The notes: a model not told the origin generated them from the sequence alone. Positions 30,216 to 45,624 are shown, counted from the stretch's first letter. The stretch is DNA of 64,000 nt from Octopus vulgaris (GCA_951406725.2 OX597825.1:26040001-26104000), one strand, 5' to 3'. Numbers and translations are program-made.

Positions 30216-31028
30216 ACACGGTGTACTGGACAAAGTTGTAGATATTTATGTATCCTTTTGTCAGGAAGCGCCTGATGTATTAGCGAGCAGTCCATGGAGA
30301 ACATAAAGCCTTAAGTTTTAGATAAAAAAGGTTAGTTGACATGGGTGACTAAAAGCCATGAGAATATCAGGAAAGAATTACTTGTATCATGATTATTTGC
30401 GCCAGGTATCAAAATACACACAAAATGACTATTGCTCAAAACTCCATGTATACTGTAAATTCTCTGAAAATGTAGAGGTCTTTGGATATAACCCTACTGA
30501 GAAAGATGTTATACCACTCCGCATCCTTGAACATGGACTCAGTTTAGACGGCTATGTGAGGCTGTTGCAGAGTATGGTCAATCCCTAGCTGCAGGGGTTG
30601 ATGCTGGAAGACCATATGTGTGATAGGAGTAATCAGAACCTTGCTGTACACCAGGAAAGTGTCAGAAGTGGTTGTCGGAAAATATCTACCACTTGACTAA
30701 CCCTAATTTATGGTGTCCTAATTACCCGATTGTAATACCATGGATTTGTATGCGCTGGGCGGTGTTGAGAATCACACCAATCGCTCTGTCTGCAACAAGA
30801 TGGAAGAGGTGGTCGAGGATCTTCCTAGAGACACTGTGAGGAAAGTATGGGACCAGGTTTCGGAGCTGTTTTGAGACCGTAGCGGAAACCGAGGGCGAGT
30901 ACATTTTGAGGAAAAGCTTATCTTACAGCCATAATCTAGTTGCGACATTTTGATTTTATTTTTGGTTGGAATATTACATTTTCTTTTCCTTTATGCAATG
31001 TGTCAAATTTAGCCCGAACACCCTGTAT
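30216..31028 (+). mobile_element. Decayed Tc1/mariner DNA transposon (transposase pseudogene)
   Basis: VFG...DVIPLRILEHGLSLDGYVRLL, AGRPYV, KCQKWLSEN, and a WPPNSPDCNPMD-like relic (tggtgtcctaattacccgattgtaataccatggat); right end rc TACAGGGTGTTCGG and a degenerate left TIR. Confidence 0.8.
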
Positions 31029-32718
31029 ATACATACACACACACGCGCGCGCACACAAACACACTCACACACATACACACATATATACGTGTGTGTATGT
31101 GTGTGTATGCAAATCCAGCGAATTTGGTAAGCGGAATGCGCAAACATATAAATATAAAATTCTAACTAGGCGACTTATCACACCTCTTGATTATTTATGA
31201 TAGCAAAGGTGTTCAGTTCGTGTTTACAACTGTCATATTATTACCGTATTACCGTGTACATTCAGACATCCGTTTCATTTATCTCTCTCGCTTCTCGCTA
31301 CATATATATTGAATGTATATCCGAATGGCTGTGCTTGTGTATGTGTATTTAGCATATATATTAAAACATTTTTCGGTGTGAGAAATAATTTCCTACGCAA
31401 TTCTTTATTTGTTTTCTTTCTTTACCTTTCTTCTTTTCTTTTTCCGCATTTAACATTTTGGCTACATAGATAATAACTAGCATTGATTCTCAATGTTACG
31501 ATCTTATAAAAGCTTTTTGGCAGAAGACATTGCAAGAATATAAGCTATGAATACGAGGCAACAAACCTTTGTTATATGTTATATCGATATTAACAGCAGA
31601 TCTATTAGGAGATAGTTTGCGGGTATGTCAGAATTATTACATATCATGATCCAAATCTGACCTCTGTAACTCGACTGGAATTTTGCAAATCACATATTCA
31701 AATTACATTATCTGTTGGATTTACGCTTCATCAAACAATTCTTCGTGCTTCAGATATTTTGGCAACTTACAGAAGGTCTTCCTTAATTCTGCAGTGCAAA
31801 CTATTTCAACGTATCTACTAACTGCCTCGATGAAACTTCAGATTTTCAGATTCACCTGAACTTTTAGAATTAAGATCAAATGGAAATTTCAGCAAATATG
31901 ACATTAGCAAATTATTCTTGTTGATCTAATATGTCGGTCATAATGAGATAAATTCGACTCTTTACGTCTTTGCACATTTCTCAGGTTCTCCGCTAGGAAT
32001 TTTATTATATGTAAGCATCAGTGAATGCTTATTGGATAGTGCTAATTACGTAGTTTGCATGGCGCGTGAATGAATATATCTATGTTTACGATTGCACATA
32101 TACACACGCAGTGAAACTCACATGCAAGTATGTATATGTATGTAGACACCTACCTATACATACAAAAACACACACAAATAAACACAAACACACATAGGAA
32201 ACTCACTAAATCTATCCACACATACGCATATACATATTTATTAATATGCGTTAGCGCCTTCCTACGCCGATACCAACTGAAAGTTTTATATGTTTGTGAA
32301 TATACTTATACACATACATACTCATAAAAACACATACAAACAAACACATATATACGGCTATATGTTTATATTTTTGTTACTAAGAGGTGCATATATATGT
32401 GTGTATGTGTTTGTGTGTGTGTGTATGCCTGTTTGTGTGTGTGTGTATGCGTGTGTGTATTTTTGGATAGAAACGAGTAATAATTCTTGTACAATTGCAA
32501 GCAACATACAATTAACAAAACTTTAAAATGTTTGAGGAAATTATGGCCAGAATTAATAAAGTTTGCACGAGAAAAGGTTTTCGAAATATTCGATTAAATA
32601 ACAATGTATGCAAAACGGTGTCTTAGGTCTTTGTCTGCAGGCATCTAGAGTTCGCAACCTCAGCAATCATACACATAACGCATGTTGCCTAATCAATGTG
32701 AAAATCGTAGATTAAGAA

Positions 32719-32813
<95 letters not shown>

Positions 32814-32847
32814 TTATCTATATATCTATCTATCTATCTATCTGTCC

Positions 32848-32915
<68 letters not shown>

Positions 32916-32965
32916 CTCTCTATATATATATATACCTATTTATCTATCTATTTGCCTGTCTGTCT
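32719..32965. repeat. (TATC)n microsatellite
   Basis: Direct inspection. Confidence 0.97.
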
Positions 32966-34633
32966 GTTTGCGTTTGATTACTTTAACGTAGGACATTTCC
33001 CGAACACAAACTATCGCTTATAACTCGAAATCAGTATCAGGCCATAGGTCTCGTCAATTAACTGAAGTATTTCTTTGGTAAGACTGGCAAGCGTAGATTT
33101 TATAGCATCCCTGCAGGATTAAGTTGCGTGCTGCTCGAGTTTACGTATTGTCGTAAAGTTATTGTTCCAGTGCAATGTTGAAGGCAACTAAAATGTTACA
33201 AGACCAATCGTAAATATTTATGAATATTTTCTTCTTTATGCCAGTGTAGGCTGTTTGTATAACAGTTGGGTGCTGAAGCCTATGAATGGCTGCTGTCACT
33301 TACGTTTCAATGTACATTGTTGCACCTAGCACACGGAAGTTTTAAAAACGTGGAACAAATTTATAACAAAATATAACGAATCACAGAACACACAGTAAAA
33401 ATATTGAAATCTTCTCCAGTACAGGTCAATAAGGCTCTCATATTAAGCCTAGATGGTAAATTATATTACTTTGGGACTTATATCATTTTATGAGACTCAC
33501 CTAACTACACTGTATTAGTAAATCTGTATTATCGATGAAATGCCAAAGTGTGTTTTAAAATATGTATGTATAAATACTATATTATGGAAAAGTCATATCA
33601 AACCGCTCACACGCTCTAGTTGTCAGCATAACTTAGCGGGGCCGATATGAATTTAATCAAAGTAATTTTATACGGTTTAATGTATACTCATGTTAACACA
33701 AACACAAAAGCGTAAAGCTAAAAATTTTAGATGATTCATTCCAGCCCAGTTCTAGTATATTAGTCAATATGCTGCAGGTCAGAAAGGTAACGTATTCTAT
33801 GCATTTTGAAGTCTATAAATAATGATACTAAAAAAGAGAAATAAAACAGTTTAGATTCTTACTGACATCAGTATCAGAACTAACTAAAAATTCATCCCGG
33901 ACCGTTACTTTCATTTATCGATGCTCGCATCAACAACCAACAACGAACCTGAACTAAATTATGTAAGACGCAATAGTCAAAAGTATTCATGGTTAATAGG
34001 ATGTCTTTCGCTTTTACTTTTTAATTTTCAAGGTTTTTTTTTGCATGTTTAAAATAAAGAACGTCCCGGCAATGTACTGACATGCATGCCGTGGTGCGAT
34101 TTCCTTGTACCATTTAGAATAAAATATATGGTAAATTAACTAAAACGAAAGTGTATTTATGTGAATTTTGAAATATGACCATGTTTCTTTTAATAATGGC
34201 TTTTTTACCGTTGCGATACTCAACCCTGTTTTTTTTATGGGATGTATCTATTGTCCTTTTATTTTATCCCCATTCCCACGTACGATTCTTCCATTTTTCT
34301 CTATCGTTATTAAGGTCGAAATTTATGTGTACATACAAGGCAACTATAAGTGCATCCTCTTCGCTATCATCCGATGTGTTTCTTATGTTATTTGCCCAAG
34401 TACTAGAAAGTAAATACAAATAACTTATGTATTGCAAAATTTACTTTTCTTATAGCTGTCAAATATTTCAGTTACGATTCTTTTGGAATTAATTCTACAC
34501 TTTGGATAAAAATTTTGCAATACATAAGTTATTTGTATTTACTTTCTAGTACTCTGATCTAGAAGCATGTATCATCACTAACTTTAGAAGGGAGAAGAGT
34601 GTTTCACGCAAAAATTCCAAATATGGGATATAC

Positions 34634-34709
<76 letters not shown>

Positions 34710-34719
34710 GTGTGTGTGT

Positions 34720-35295
34720 AATTAAGATTCAGTTGACTTAGGTATTTAAGTTGAAGCACCAAGTCAGTCTGGTATTATCTGCACAAATCGAAGTAAAGTG
34801 AATAACATCAAAATAAGCAACAGGATATCAAGTAATGATGCAGTACGACCATTTCAGTTTCAAGCGGCTACATTTAATTGAACAATGCAATCATTACATC
34901 TATTTAAATGTAGTGCCATCTTCAGCTGCACATATAAATAAATAGAATTTTAACCAGTCGGATACATTAATGGGTAAAATGTCAAAATGTGTGTATATAT
35001 CAATTATAATGCGTATATGTGTCAATTATAAACATTAAGAAGGAAGATTACATAGAATCAGTTTAATATTCATTCATGTATGTTAATTACCTGTTAAAGG
35101 CAAGATTATTTGAGAAAAGTTATATGAATGTGTCCAACTGCTTAAAATTCTGCTTATTTATTTGTGCAGCTGAATATGGCACTGCGTTTAAATTGATGTA
35201 ATGATTTGATTACATTGTTCAATTAAATGGAGCCGCTTGAAATGTTCGTACTTCATCACTACTTGATATCCGGTTGCTTATTTTGATTATATCTC

Positions 35296-35296
<1 letters not shown>
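34720..35296. mobile_element. Inverted pair of PLE-like terminal repeats (about 160-bp arms, about 160-bp spacer) with long-stem-II hammerhead motifs
   Basis: 34807-34968 versus the rc of 35127-35288; the minus arm reads tgcag-CTGAAGA-long hairpin-GAAA...GTA-ctgca; (TA)n on both sides. Confidence 0.72.
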
Positions 35297-35355
<59 letters not shown>

Positions 35356-36429
35356 ATAAGATCTTTAATTTAAATATCGATCTTATCAAGTGGCCAGCAT
35401 GGAAAAAATCTTCAAAGGTAATAATTATTATTAAAATTATAATTTTTCAATCACACCTAGAATTTTCTCAGTAAAACGTTGCTTCTACCAACTACAATGG
35501 CTTAATATATTGTATTAGGGCTGATGTTCTGTCAGACGCATTGATTGACTGATACAGGGTAAACAATCCACCTAGGACAAAGAAACGAACTGTATTAAAA
35601 TGTGTCTGAAAAAATACGAATGCATATCCACATCATGCTGAAGAATGAAGGAATCACCCAACCATTTTGGAATCATAAAATAATATTCGATAAAGCCAAA
35701 CTAGAAATGGTTATACTTGAAACGTTTGTTATCAGAAGTAAGATCGATCCGGCTCTGGACGTCAACATCACATAATATTAGAAAATTCAACTTCGAAGCT
35801 AACGTTTGTGCTTAGGTATTTTATTATTTTACAATGTTTCACTGAGATTCATGTAGTTACATTCGTGATAAATAGAGGATGACATTGTGTCTGTCTGTTT
35901 TAGATACGAAGCGATATTATCCATTAATAAGAAGACAGTGGAGATAAACAAAAGACGATTAATTTAAATGTTGCCTCAGTTTATCACAAGGCCGTAATAA
36001 ATGCCCACATGTCAGCGAGCGATCAATGCATCGATAATGGAAACGAATATACCAAGATTTCATCTGAATACAGCAAAATATAGCTGATCACAAATACAGC
36101 AGGAAATAAACTGTCGCCTTGTATATTAGCATACTCTAAAATATAAGCAGAATACAACTGATAACATTTTGGAAAAAAAGTTGGCAAAACCAGAGTATTG
36201 TGATCTGTTTTGTAAGGAAGTGAGAGGGAAAAATTAATATGCTGATAGTATGAAGGCGGTGATGACGACGGCGATTACGAAAAACAATGATATTGATAAA
36301 ACTAATGATTCTATCAAAAATGCATCGCATTAAAGTTTCTCTGATGAGAATAGCAAATAAGCAGATATGAAGCCGCAAATACTGTCACAGTTAGTAAGTA
36401 GTGCATCAGCTAGTACAACTACTGCTGCA

Positions 36430-36473
<44 letters not shown>

Positions 36474-36859
36474 AAAAAGCAAAAATATCTGTAGGTATAA
36501 GTGCAATTTGATGAAATATGAAAACCAAGGCATCACTTAAAGAAATTACGTATGTATAGACTCAAGTATGTACAATATGTAAGGTGCTATTAGAGAATTT
36601 AAATGTATTTCAGCAATAAAACTCGAGCAATTAAAAAGGGTAAGTGTGACAAGGTAAAATACGTTGGAAATAGATGAGGCAATTTGTTTGCATGTCTCTA
36701 ATACGTTACTTAGTGAAATATATGACTCTAGTATATTGGAATATATTAGGAATATGTTTCAGTGTCGAAAAATTCATTGAATAAAGATTAAATAAAATAA
36801 AATACCAGTCATTAAGCACCAAAATGTTTCTATCATGACTGGATTAAAGGAAGTGTTTC

Positions 36860-37060
36860 TCATAATAAATCAATGTCATAAAATATGTAATAATATAGAC
36901 AAAGTGAATTACTTCGACTCCACCAGAAGAGCAGAAGAAGACACCAAACAGCAGGAGAGAAATACTCAGCAAAATCAAACTCGTCCTCCATCAGAATTAC
37001 CATGCAGGCAATGTCATCGACTCTTCTGTGCAAGAATTTGTGTATTTAGTCATCAACGCA
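36860..37060 (+). mobile_element. RTE-clade LINE extreme 3' coding relic
   Basis: CRQCHRLFCARICVFSHQR resembles the terminal C2H2-type finger (CxxC...RIGLFSHxR) of RTE ORF2. Confidence 0.55.
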
Positions 37061-37064
37061 GGAG

Positions 37065-37228
37065 TGGCGCAGGAGAGACTGTGGTGTAAGTAGCTTCCTT
37101 ACCAATCACATAGTTCCGTGTTCAGTCCCACTGCGTGGCACCTTGGGCAAGTGTATTCTACTATAGCCTCAGGCCGCCCAAAGCCTTGTGAGTGGATTTG
37201 GTAGACGGAAACTGAAAGAAGCCCGTCG

Positions 37229-37260
<32 letters not shown>

Positions 37261-37490
37261 CGTGTGTATGTATATGTTTGTGTGTCTGTGTTTGTTCCCC
37301 CAACATCGCTTGACAACCGATGCTGGTGTGTTTACGTCCCCGTAACTTAGCGGTTCTGCAAAAGAGTCCGATATAATAGCTACAAGGCTTACAAGGAATA
37401 AGTCCTGGAGTCGATTTGCTCGACTAAAGGCGGTGCTCCAGCATGGCCGCAGTCAAATGACTGAAACAAATAAAGGAGCAAAAGAGTAAA
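37065..37490 (+). mobile_element. SINE family A, full length
   Basis: Colinear with 21031-21436; includes the ccttgggcaagtg CORE motif and the full 3' stem-loop. Confidence 0.9.
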
Positions 37491-38140
37491 AAAACGTCAT
37501 CGCCATAAAGGAAGTGTTAAGCAAAGACGAAACTGAGTTCTCTGATGCCAGATTTAGCCGCCGCTGATGTCGACGACGACGACGACGCCGACAACGAACA
37601 CGACAAGAACAATAAAATATACCACCATAGGCTAGCACTTGCTTTATCAGGCTCTAGAGAAATGGAGAGCAATGTCCATTTCTGAAAGATTTGAAATCTG
37701 GTCGTGACAGGGGAAAATACAGCTTTAACGGTTCCGTAAAATCTATAATTTCGCCGACTGTATTTTCTGTTAAAAGATTTGCCTGTATTCGTTCACTTTT
37801 ATCATCGAGTCTCAGGAATTTTAAAAAACTTTCTTTACAAATTATTTTTGCATCATTAATTCAAATTTTCTATTATTATCAATTTAATTACTCTTTTTCT
37901 TCGTTTAATGTAATTTATTTTGTGGGTGATTCCTATAAAACATGAAGTAATTTCTTGATTTACAGTTAGACAATGAAACAGAAATGAAATTATTTTAAAT
38001 GCCCGATATTGTTTTATAATTCCAGCAGGGTGAGACGTTACACATTTTCCCAGAGCAATCCTTGTTTGAAATAATAAACAAAATGAAAGTTAACTCCATC
38101 AATTATACCTGAAAAGTATCGAGAATTATTGGAGCAAAAT

Positions 38141-38400
38141 TACTCTTTTACTCTTTTACTTGTTTCAGTCATTTGACTGTGGCCATGCTGGAGCACAGCC
38201 TCTAGTCGAGCAAATCGACCCCAGGACTTATCATTTGTAAGCCTAGTACTTATTCTATCGTTCTCCTTTGCCGAACCGCTAAGTTACGGGGACGTAAACA
38301 CACCAGCATCAGTTGTGAAGCGATGTTGGGGTGGGGACAAACACAGACACACAAACATATACACACACACACAAACATATACACACACACACACACACGC
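38141..38400 (-). mobile_element. SINE family A 3' half
   Basis: rc of 37280-37490. Confidence 0.85.
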
Positions 38401-38769
38401 ATACAACTTTTAAAGGAATCAGCAACAAATAATAATAATAACGAAGACTTGTTTAAAATTTTGGCACAAGGCCAGCAATGGGAATGCTGCATCGCCAATT
38501 GTTAGGACGATACTCGTTTACACTATAACCTTTTAGTAACAATAAACATATAACGACGCAGGGTAAAAACAACGTAACAATCCAAGGAACTCTCCTGGAA
38601 CTCTCCATGAACCAACAAACAGTATTCTGATAAACTACCAAAACGTTACCTTACGACATCCTGCGATTAACGCCTCCTTTCGCCATCTCACTCAGACCGC
38701 TACTATTTTATAGTCGTTCGGTCAGTCTATTCTCGCAGGGGATGTTGTGACTCACCCAACAACAACGAA

Positions 38770-39305
38770 GAAGGGGTTATTTGATTACGCCTAATCTGGT
38801 ACTTGACCGGTAGTTTATCTTAAGGAGTACTGGAAGGTAAAGAAGACCATAAAATCGAAAACAAAAACGCTAAACATTTTTGTCCGACGTGCTAACGAAA
38901 CACCCACGGCCTGAACAATTACATCAACTCAGGTGTTCAACAGCTTCTTATATTATTGAACCCGAGTTAACAAAAAGCACAATCGACCTTTCTAGGATTT
39001 AGTATAGAATTTAACGAATCAAAAGAAACGCTGCTAAGCATTTTGTCCGATATGCTAACGATTCTTCCAGCTCGCTACGCGAATAATACATTGTATTAGA
39101 GGCAGCGGTCCTGGTATTTTGGGGGTGATGGTTAGTCGATTATATCGACACCAGTGTTCGATTGTTACTTATTTCACCAACTTCATTCTTCTTCTTCTTC
39201 TTCTTCTTCTTCTTCTTCTTCTTCTTCTTCTTCTTCTTCTTCTTCTTCTTCTTCTTCTTCTTCTTCTTCTTCTTCTTCTTCTTCTTCTTCATAATGATGA
39301 TGATG

Positions 39306-39355
<50 letters not shown>

Positions 39356-39640
39356 TTATTTCTTTATTGCCCACAGGGGGCTAAACCTAGAGAATAATAA
39401 TAATATTGTTCTATTATGACACGGCGAGTTGGCAGATTCGTTAGCGTGGTGGACGAAATGCTTAGCGGTATTTCGCCCGTCGCTAAATTCTGAGTTCAAA
39501 TTCCGCCGCGGTCGACTTTACCTTTCATCCTTTCGGGATCGATAAAATAAGTACCTGTTGAACACTATGCTCGATGTAATCGACTCATCCCTCCCACTAA
39601 AATTGCTGTCCATGTGGAAAAATCGAAAACCATTATTGTA
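38770..39640. mobile_element. Cluster of diverged SINE B pieces around (CTT)n (39187-39290) and (AAT)n (39305-39353)
   Basis: Minus-strand aagcattttgtccga..tgctaacg motifs; a plus-strand copy at 39420-39640. Confidence 0.7.
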
Positions 39641-39962
39641 AATATATTCGGCTGCATATTTTGTTGTAATCACAGAAATGAGATACGACTAAAATAAATA
39701 CAGCTAGATAACAAATATACAAGACAAAGGGTAATATATGCAAGGAGAGGGAAATAATCCTATACAATTTACATTTAAAAATTGAATGTAAATTTTGGAA
39801 AAAGAAGCAAAAATATATATGTTAGTATGAAACTCAATAATTGAAGAATGATATAAAGTAAATACAAAACATGAAACGTGAAATACAAATTTGCAAATTC
39901 AACCTCTACTGGGAAGAAACTTCTATCTGATTCATAATTCCCAACAATACCAAACTGAATAT

Positions 39963-40325
39963 TGATATCTTGAAAAATGTGTCTTTCTAATTTTGGCACA
40001 AGGCCAGCAATATTCAGAGGAGGAGAACAATCGATTACATCAAACCATTGCTTAGCTGGTACGTTTTATCGACTCCAAAAAGGAAGAGAAGAAAATCCTA
40101 CCTTGTCTCGATTTGAGCTCAGAACGTGATGAGTCGCAAGAAAACTGATATCTTGAAAAATGTGTCTTTCTAATTTTGGCACAAGGCCAGCAATATTCAG
40201 AGGATGAGAATAATCGATTACATCAAACCATTGCTTAGCTAGTACGTTTTATCGACTCCAAAAAGAAGAGAAGAAAATCCGACTTTGTCTCGATTTGAGC
40301 TCAGAACGTGATGAGTCGCAAGAAA
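39963..40325. repeat. 183-bp tandem duplication of an old minus-strand SINE B and its flank
   Basis: tgatatcttgaaaaatgtgtc starts at 39963 and 40146. Confidence 0.92.
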
Positions 40326-40638
40326 TTCTGCTAAGCACATTATCCAACGTGTTAACGATTCTGCCGGATCTTGTCTTGATGTGCTGACACTAATACAATT
40401 TATAATAGTGTAAACGATGATTAATACACGCTATTGTATGCTGTACGTTAAGAAAAAAACGCGAATGTCTTGTTGCTGTTTTATTTTTGTTTCAGAAAAC
40501 AGATTCAGTTATCCGTTATAAAGCAATTTACATCCCCTGTAATGAAGTTATGGAAACTGGAATTGTGTTGTTTTTTTTTTTCGAGAAAATAAGGGAAGTA
40601 AATGAAAAAAAGAAAGAAAAAAATGAAGCTAATTGACA

Positions 40639-41715
40639 AAAAGTAGATAGAAAATAATAAAAACAACATATTCGAATGAATAATATAAAAAAATTACATT
40701 TCATTCTGTGTACTATAGCTAAAACTGCTACTGGGAGCAAAGCATAATTTATTATTCCAAAATAGATGTAAAATAGTGCAAAACTAAAGGAACGGGAAAA
40801 TATTAACTTTGTATTATTTTGATGTCCAAATGTTCAGTATTAGATTAAAAATATTGGGCATTACATATGAATAAAATTGATATATATATATATTCCTTTC
40901 CCAGTTTCTTGGTATGATAAAACGAGAGAATTCTATGAGTAATGGTTTTACTGACCAGTAGAGTGTTGTTACATAATTCGCTATATTTTCGAAATCAAAT
41001 TCCAAAGTAGATAGAAAATAAAAAAAAAAACATATTCGGATGAATAATATAAAAAAATTACATTTCATTCTGTGTACTATAGCTAAAACTGCTACTGGGA
41101 GCAAAACATAATTTATTATTCCAAAATAGATGCAAAATAGTGCAAAACTAAAGGAACAGGAAAATATTAACTTTGTATTATTTTGATGTCCAAATGTTCA
41201 GTATTAGATTAAAAATATTGGGCATTACATATGAAAAAATTGATATATATATTCCTTTCCCAGGTTCTTGGTATGATAAAACAAGAGAATTCTATGAGTA
41301 ATGGTTTTACTGACCAGTAGAGTGTTGTTACATAATTCGCTATATTTTCGAAATCAAATTCCAAAGTAGATAGAAAAAAAAAACAAAAACATATTCGGAT
41401 GAATAATATAAAAAAATTACATTTCATTCTGTGTACTATAGCTACTGGGAGCAAAACATAATTTATTATTCCAAAATAGATGCAAAATAGTGCAAAACTA
41501 AAGGAACGGGAAAATATTAACTTTGTATTATTTTGATGTCCAAATGTTCAGTATTAGATTAAAAATATTGGGCATTACATATGAAAAAATTGATATATAT
41601 TCCTTTCCCGGTTTCTTGGTATGATGAACAAGACAATTCTATGAGCAGAACGAATGGTTTTATTGACCAGTAGAGTGTTGTTACATAATTCGCTATATTT
41701 TTGAAATCAAATTCC
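40639..41715. repeat. Three tandem copies of an approximately 360-bp AT-rich unit
   Basis: aaagtagatagaaaa starts near 40640, 41004 and 41363; the three minus-strand ORFs MLPVA... are its translations. Confidence 0.95.
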
Positions 41716-42078
41716 TAGATGTTTGATTGTTGCATTTACTCTCCTTGGAATCGAAGAGAAAAATATCAGTTATCATACAAGGATTGATCTAATTTTCAGT
41801 GGCAATCTCCACAGTGCTGTACTTGTATAAGTGCAACCAAACTCAAAACCAATCAGGTTGTAAATGTAAATGAAAATCTGTATAGATTCTGAAGTTTGCA
41901 GTACTATTTCAGTATTCCTGTATTGCAACACTACATTGACAAAAATAAATTATCAATCATGTGAAAGGTTTGCGGTATGTTTAATTAAACAGCCGGAAGT
42001 TGTAGATACATACAAGCACACATACATGCATACATATATACATATATAATATTTCTGCATAAAGGAATGTATGGTTTT

Positions 42079-42576
<498 letters not shown>

Positions 42577-42911
42577 GTCGTTATATAATGCGAACTGGGG
42601 TGAATTAACGACCACTTTTCTTTATATATGATCAGGCATATCTCTCTATATGTGATGGCATCTAAATTTTGTAATCGTGTTGTGGAAAATTTAAATTGCA
42701 TAGATGAAGAAAGTTTTATCTCAAACGGAAATAATCGTTGACGACCAATTAATAATCATTGATGACCAATTCGTTCCTCGTTGAGAGAATGAAAGTGAAT
42801 ATATAAAATGAGCTTCAATATCTAAATATAATTCACGAATTATCGAATATAGTCCGTTAGATGAAGCGTATCAAATATTTATAGTAGTTAATATATTGAT
42901 TTCAATATGTT

Positions 42912-43075
42912 CACTCGCATGGCTAAGTGGTTACAAATATCGCTTCATAATCTCAAGGTCCCAGTTTCGATTTGACTGCGCTGTATCTTTGGTAGGTGTA
43001 TTTTCTCAGACTCAGATGGAACCAAGGATTTTGGGTGAAATTATGGAAACTGACTATTTGGAATTCAGTCCGATG
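42912..43075 (+). mobile_element. Ancient tRNA-headed SINE relic (family A-related)
   Basis: A-box tggctaagtgg, B-box-like gtttcgattt, then decayed CORE-like sequence. Confidence 0.45.
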
Positions 43076-44229
43076 AATTGTACATATAATTCAAAGAACT
43101 GGCCACGATATTTGATGATGATTGTCCACGAGAAATATGTGAACATTACACGTATTTATCGGTTATTCTATTCAAAGATTAAATCCTGAATTAGTTGAAA
43201 ATTTGAATTATCATCATCGAAATTGATGGCAAATCGATTGTATTTTTATTGATATCTAGCTTTGGTAAAATATCAACGACACATACGGGAGGTATAAAAA
43301 TAATATTTCTTTTATATTTTCTGGGGCCTTAGGACTCGAGGGTAGTCATCCGGTTTCTTCAGCATGTTGCGTGCTTACAGGCTATCAACTTTGAGGAGGT
43401 AGGCTTTGTGAGACAAGGCTTTTACATTGACTCAAGTACTTCTCAAGTAATGGAATCGATGTAATCAATGTCTATTATAAACATTTGATATGCTTCACCT
43501 AGCTAAATATATTTGATAATTCATGAATCATATTTAGATATTGAAACTCATGCTTTCTTATCGCTCCCACCCCGAAGGGATGAAAGGAAAAGCTGATCTC
43601 AGCTGAATTTGAAGTCACACATTGAAGAACTGGACAAGCTAACGATTCTACCAACTCGCTGTCTTTAGACGAAGTACTTCGCTAATACTTATTTTACATT
43701 GTTAAAATTGAAACTTATTTTATAGACATTTGAAAGAATAATAAAATACTGAAAAAAAACGCAAATCTGATAATTTTACGGCCATATACAGATGCTCCAT
43801 CGTGGTATTGGTTGTTGCATTTTATATAAACAATCTAAATTATCTGACAACTTGCAGCGCGTGAATACATATCGGCCATTTTATATTCTGTTTTCAAATC
43901 CAGTTGGACCAGACTTTATATACCTAAAGGAAAATCTCAGTATTACATTGATTCGGGTTAGATGACTACACCGAGCTATATTAGTTTTGGTATAGTGTTA
44001 AACTGAGAAATCATTATCAACTGGAATTAGTTGGCAGTAGAAATATTAAAAATTGAATTTTCAATTCATAGACTTTTGATGTTGACTTTAATATTTTCTA
44101 CTTCAGAAGCTTAATACAATGATTAGCAGTAAACTGCTGACGTCAATGGAATTGACCCTTCACTACACTGAAATATGCAACTTTGATTATAATGCGGAAA
44201 AAATTCCTAAATCACTGGGGAATATATTA

Positions 44230-44530
44230 AGTTTACGAAAGGCAAGAGGGTGGTGGTGCAAAATGCACAACTGCATTTCGTCCATTGTGTGTTGCGCTGG
44301 GGCCGACTTTGTCTTTCACCATTTTGGTGTCGATAAAATGAGTACCAGCTGATATACAGGAAAAAATCTCTAAATCACTGGCGAATATTAGCTTCATGAA
44401 TAGCAGCGATTTGATAGAATCGTTTGCAAGACGGACAAAATGCAGAGCAGCAATTTTTCCGTCATTATGCTCCGCCGGGGTCGAGTTTGCCTTTCATCAT
44501 TTCGGGATCAATAAAATAAGTACCAGTTGA
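44230..44530 (+). mobile_element. Two diverged SINE B pieces
   Basis: gactttgtctttcacc...gtcgataaaatgagtaccag and tttgcctttcatcatttcgggatcaataaaataagtaccag. Confidence 0.6.
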
Positions 44531-44750
44531 AAGCAAAGCAGAAATCCTCATTGCTACATTCATGGGGTTGTTTGTTGTCATTACTGGAATTACTAATGTT
44601 GGTGCTGCTGCTACCTCTGCGACTGTTTCTAATGTTATTGCTGCAGCAACGTGTTTTGGAAGATGCATGAGTTATACATTGATATACAAGCTCAAAACAC
44701 GGAATCTATATTGCAGTAAAATATAGTCGACTGATATACAAAAAGTAAAA

Positions 44751-44795
<45 letters not shown>

Positions 44796-44919
44796 TATAT
44801 ACATAACCGGCGGTATATTAAAAATTATATTAAAACTATGTAAAGTGTATGCATTTTCCTTCTTTAATTTCTTATATATATTACAACTCACCACGTGGGG
44901 ATAATCGAAAATCCTCCTT

Positions 44920-44970
<51 letters not shown>

Positions 44971-44974
<4 letters not shown>

Positions 44975-45624
44975 CTTGAGCACCTTGACCGACCAGTCCG
45001 TTGGACGTCCAGTTCAGACTGCTGGACATAGCACGCAGTCCACTCCTCTTTGGATCACGCTTTCCTTATCCACGTGGTCCCAGTCGCCCTCCTAAAATCG
45101 TAACTCCACCGTCGTGGAGGCCTTCCGAGTGGTCGTTTCCGCTCATGCGGGTACCACTCGACAACTGCGCGGGTCCATTGATTATCAGTGAGCCGAGCGA
45201 CGTGTCCAGCCCATCTAAACTTGCTGCGTGTATATTCTACGATGACGTCCCTTATGCCGGACTTCTGTCTGATGACCTCGCTACTGCTGTGCTTTCTCAA
45301 CGAGATTCCAAGCATTGACCTCTCCATGGCTCTTTGAGCCGTTACCAATCTCTGCTCTTCTCTGTTTGTTGTAGCCTATGCCTCACTAGCATATAACATT
45401 GCAGGTAGGACTGTGGTATTGATGAGTTTGGCGCGGGTGGTCCAGTCGAAACTTCCCTTGAGCACATCCCTTATGTCATTAAACGCCTAAAGTCCGACTA
45501 TTACTCTCCGCGAGATCTCCTTTTCGATGCCTCGGCACATATTCATTTCCTGTCTCAGGTAGACATATTCCTTTACCCCCTCTATTTCATCCCTGCCGAC
45601 CATAATTCGACCAGCTAGCCGCCT

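Noticed and set aside
40639-41715. Retrozyme or CRISPR-like array
   Set aside because: No CTGANGA/GAAA core found on either strand, no repeat-spacer structure, eukaryotic context.
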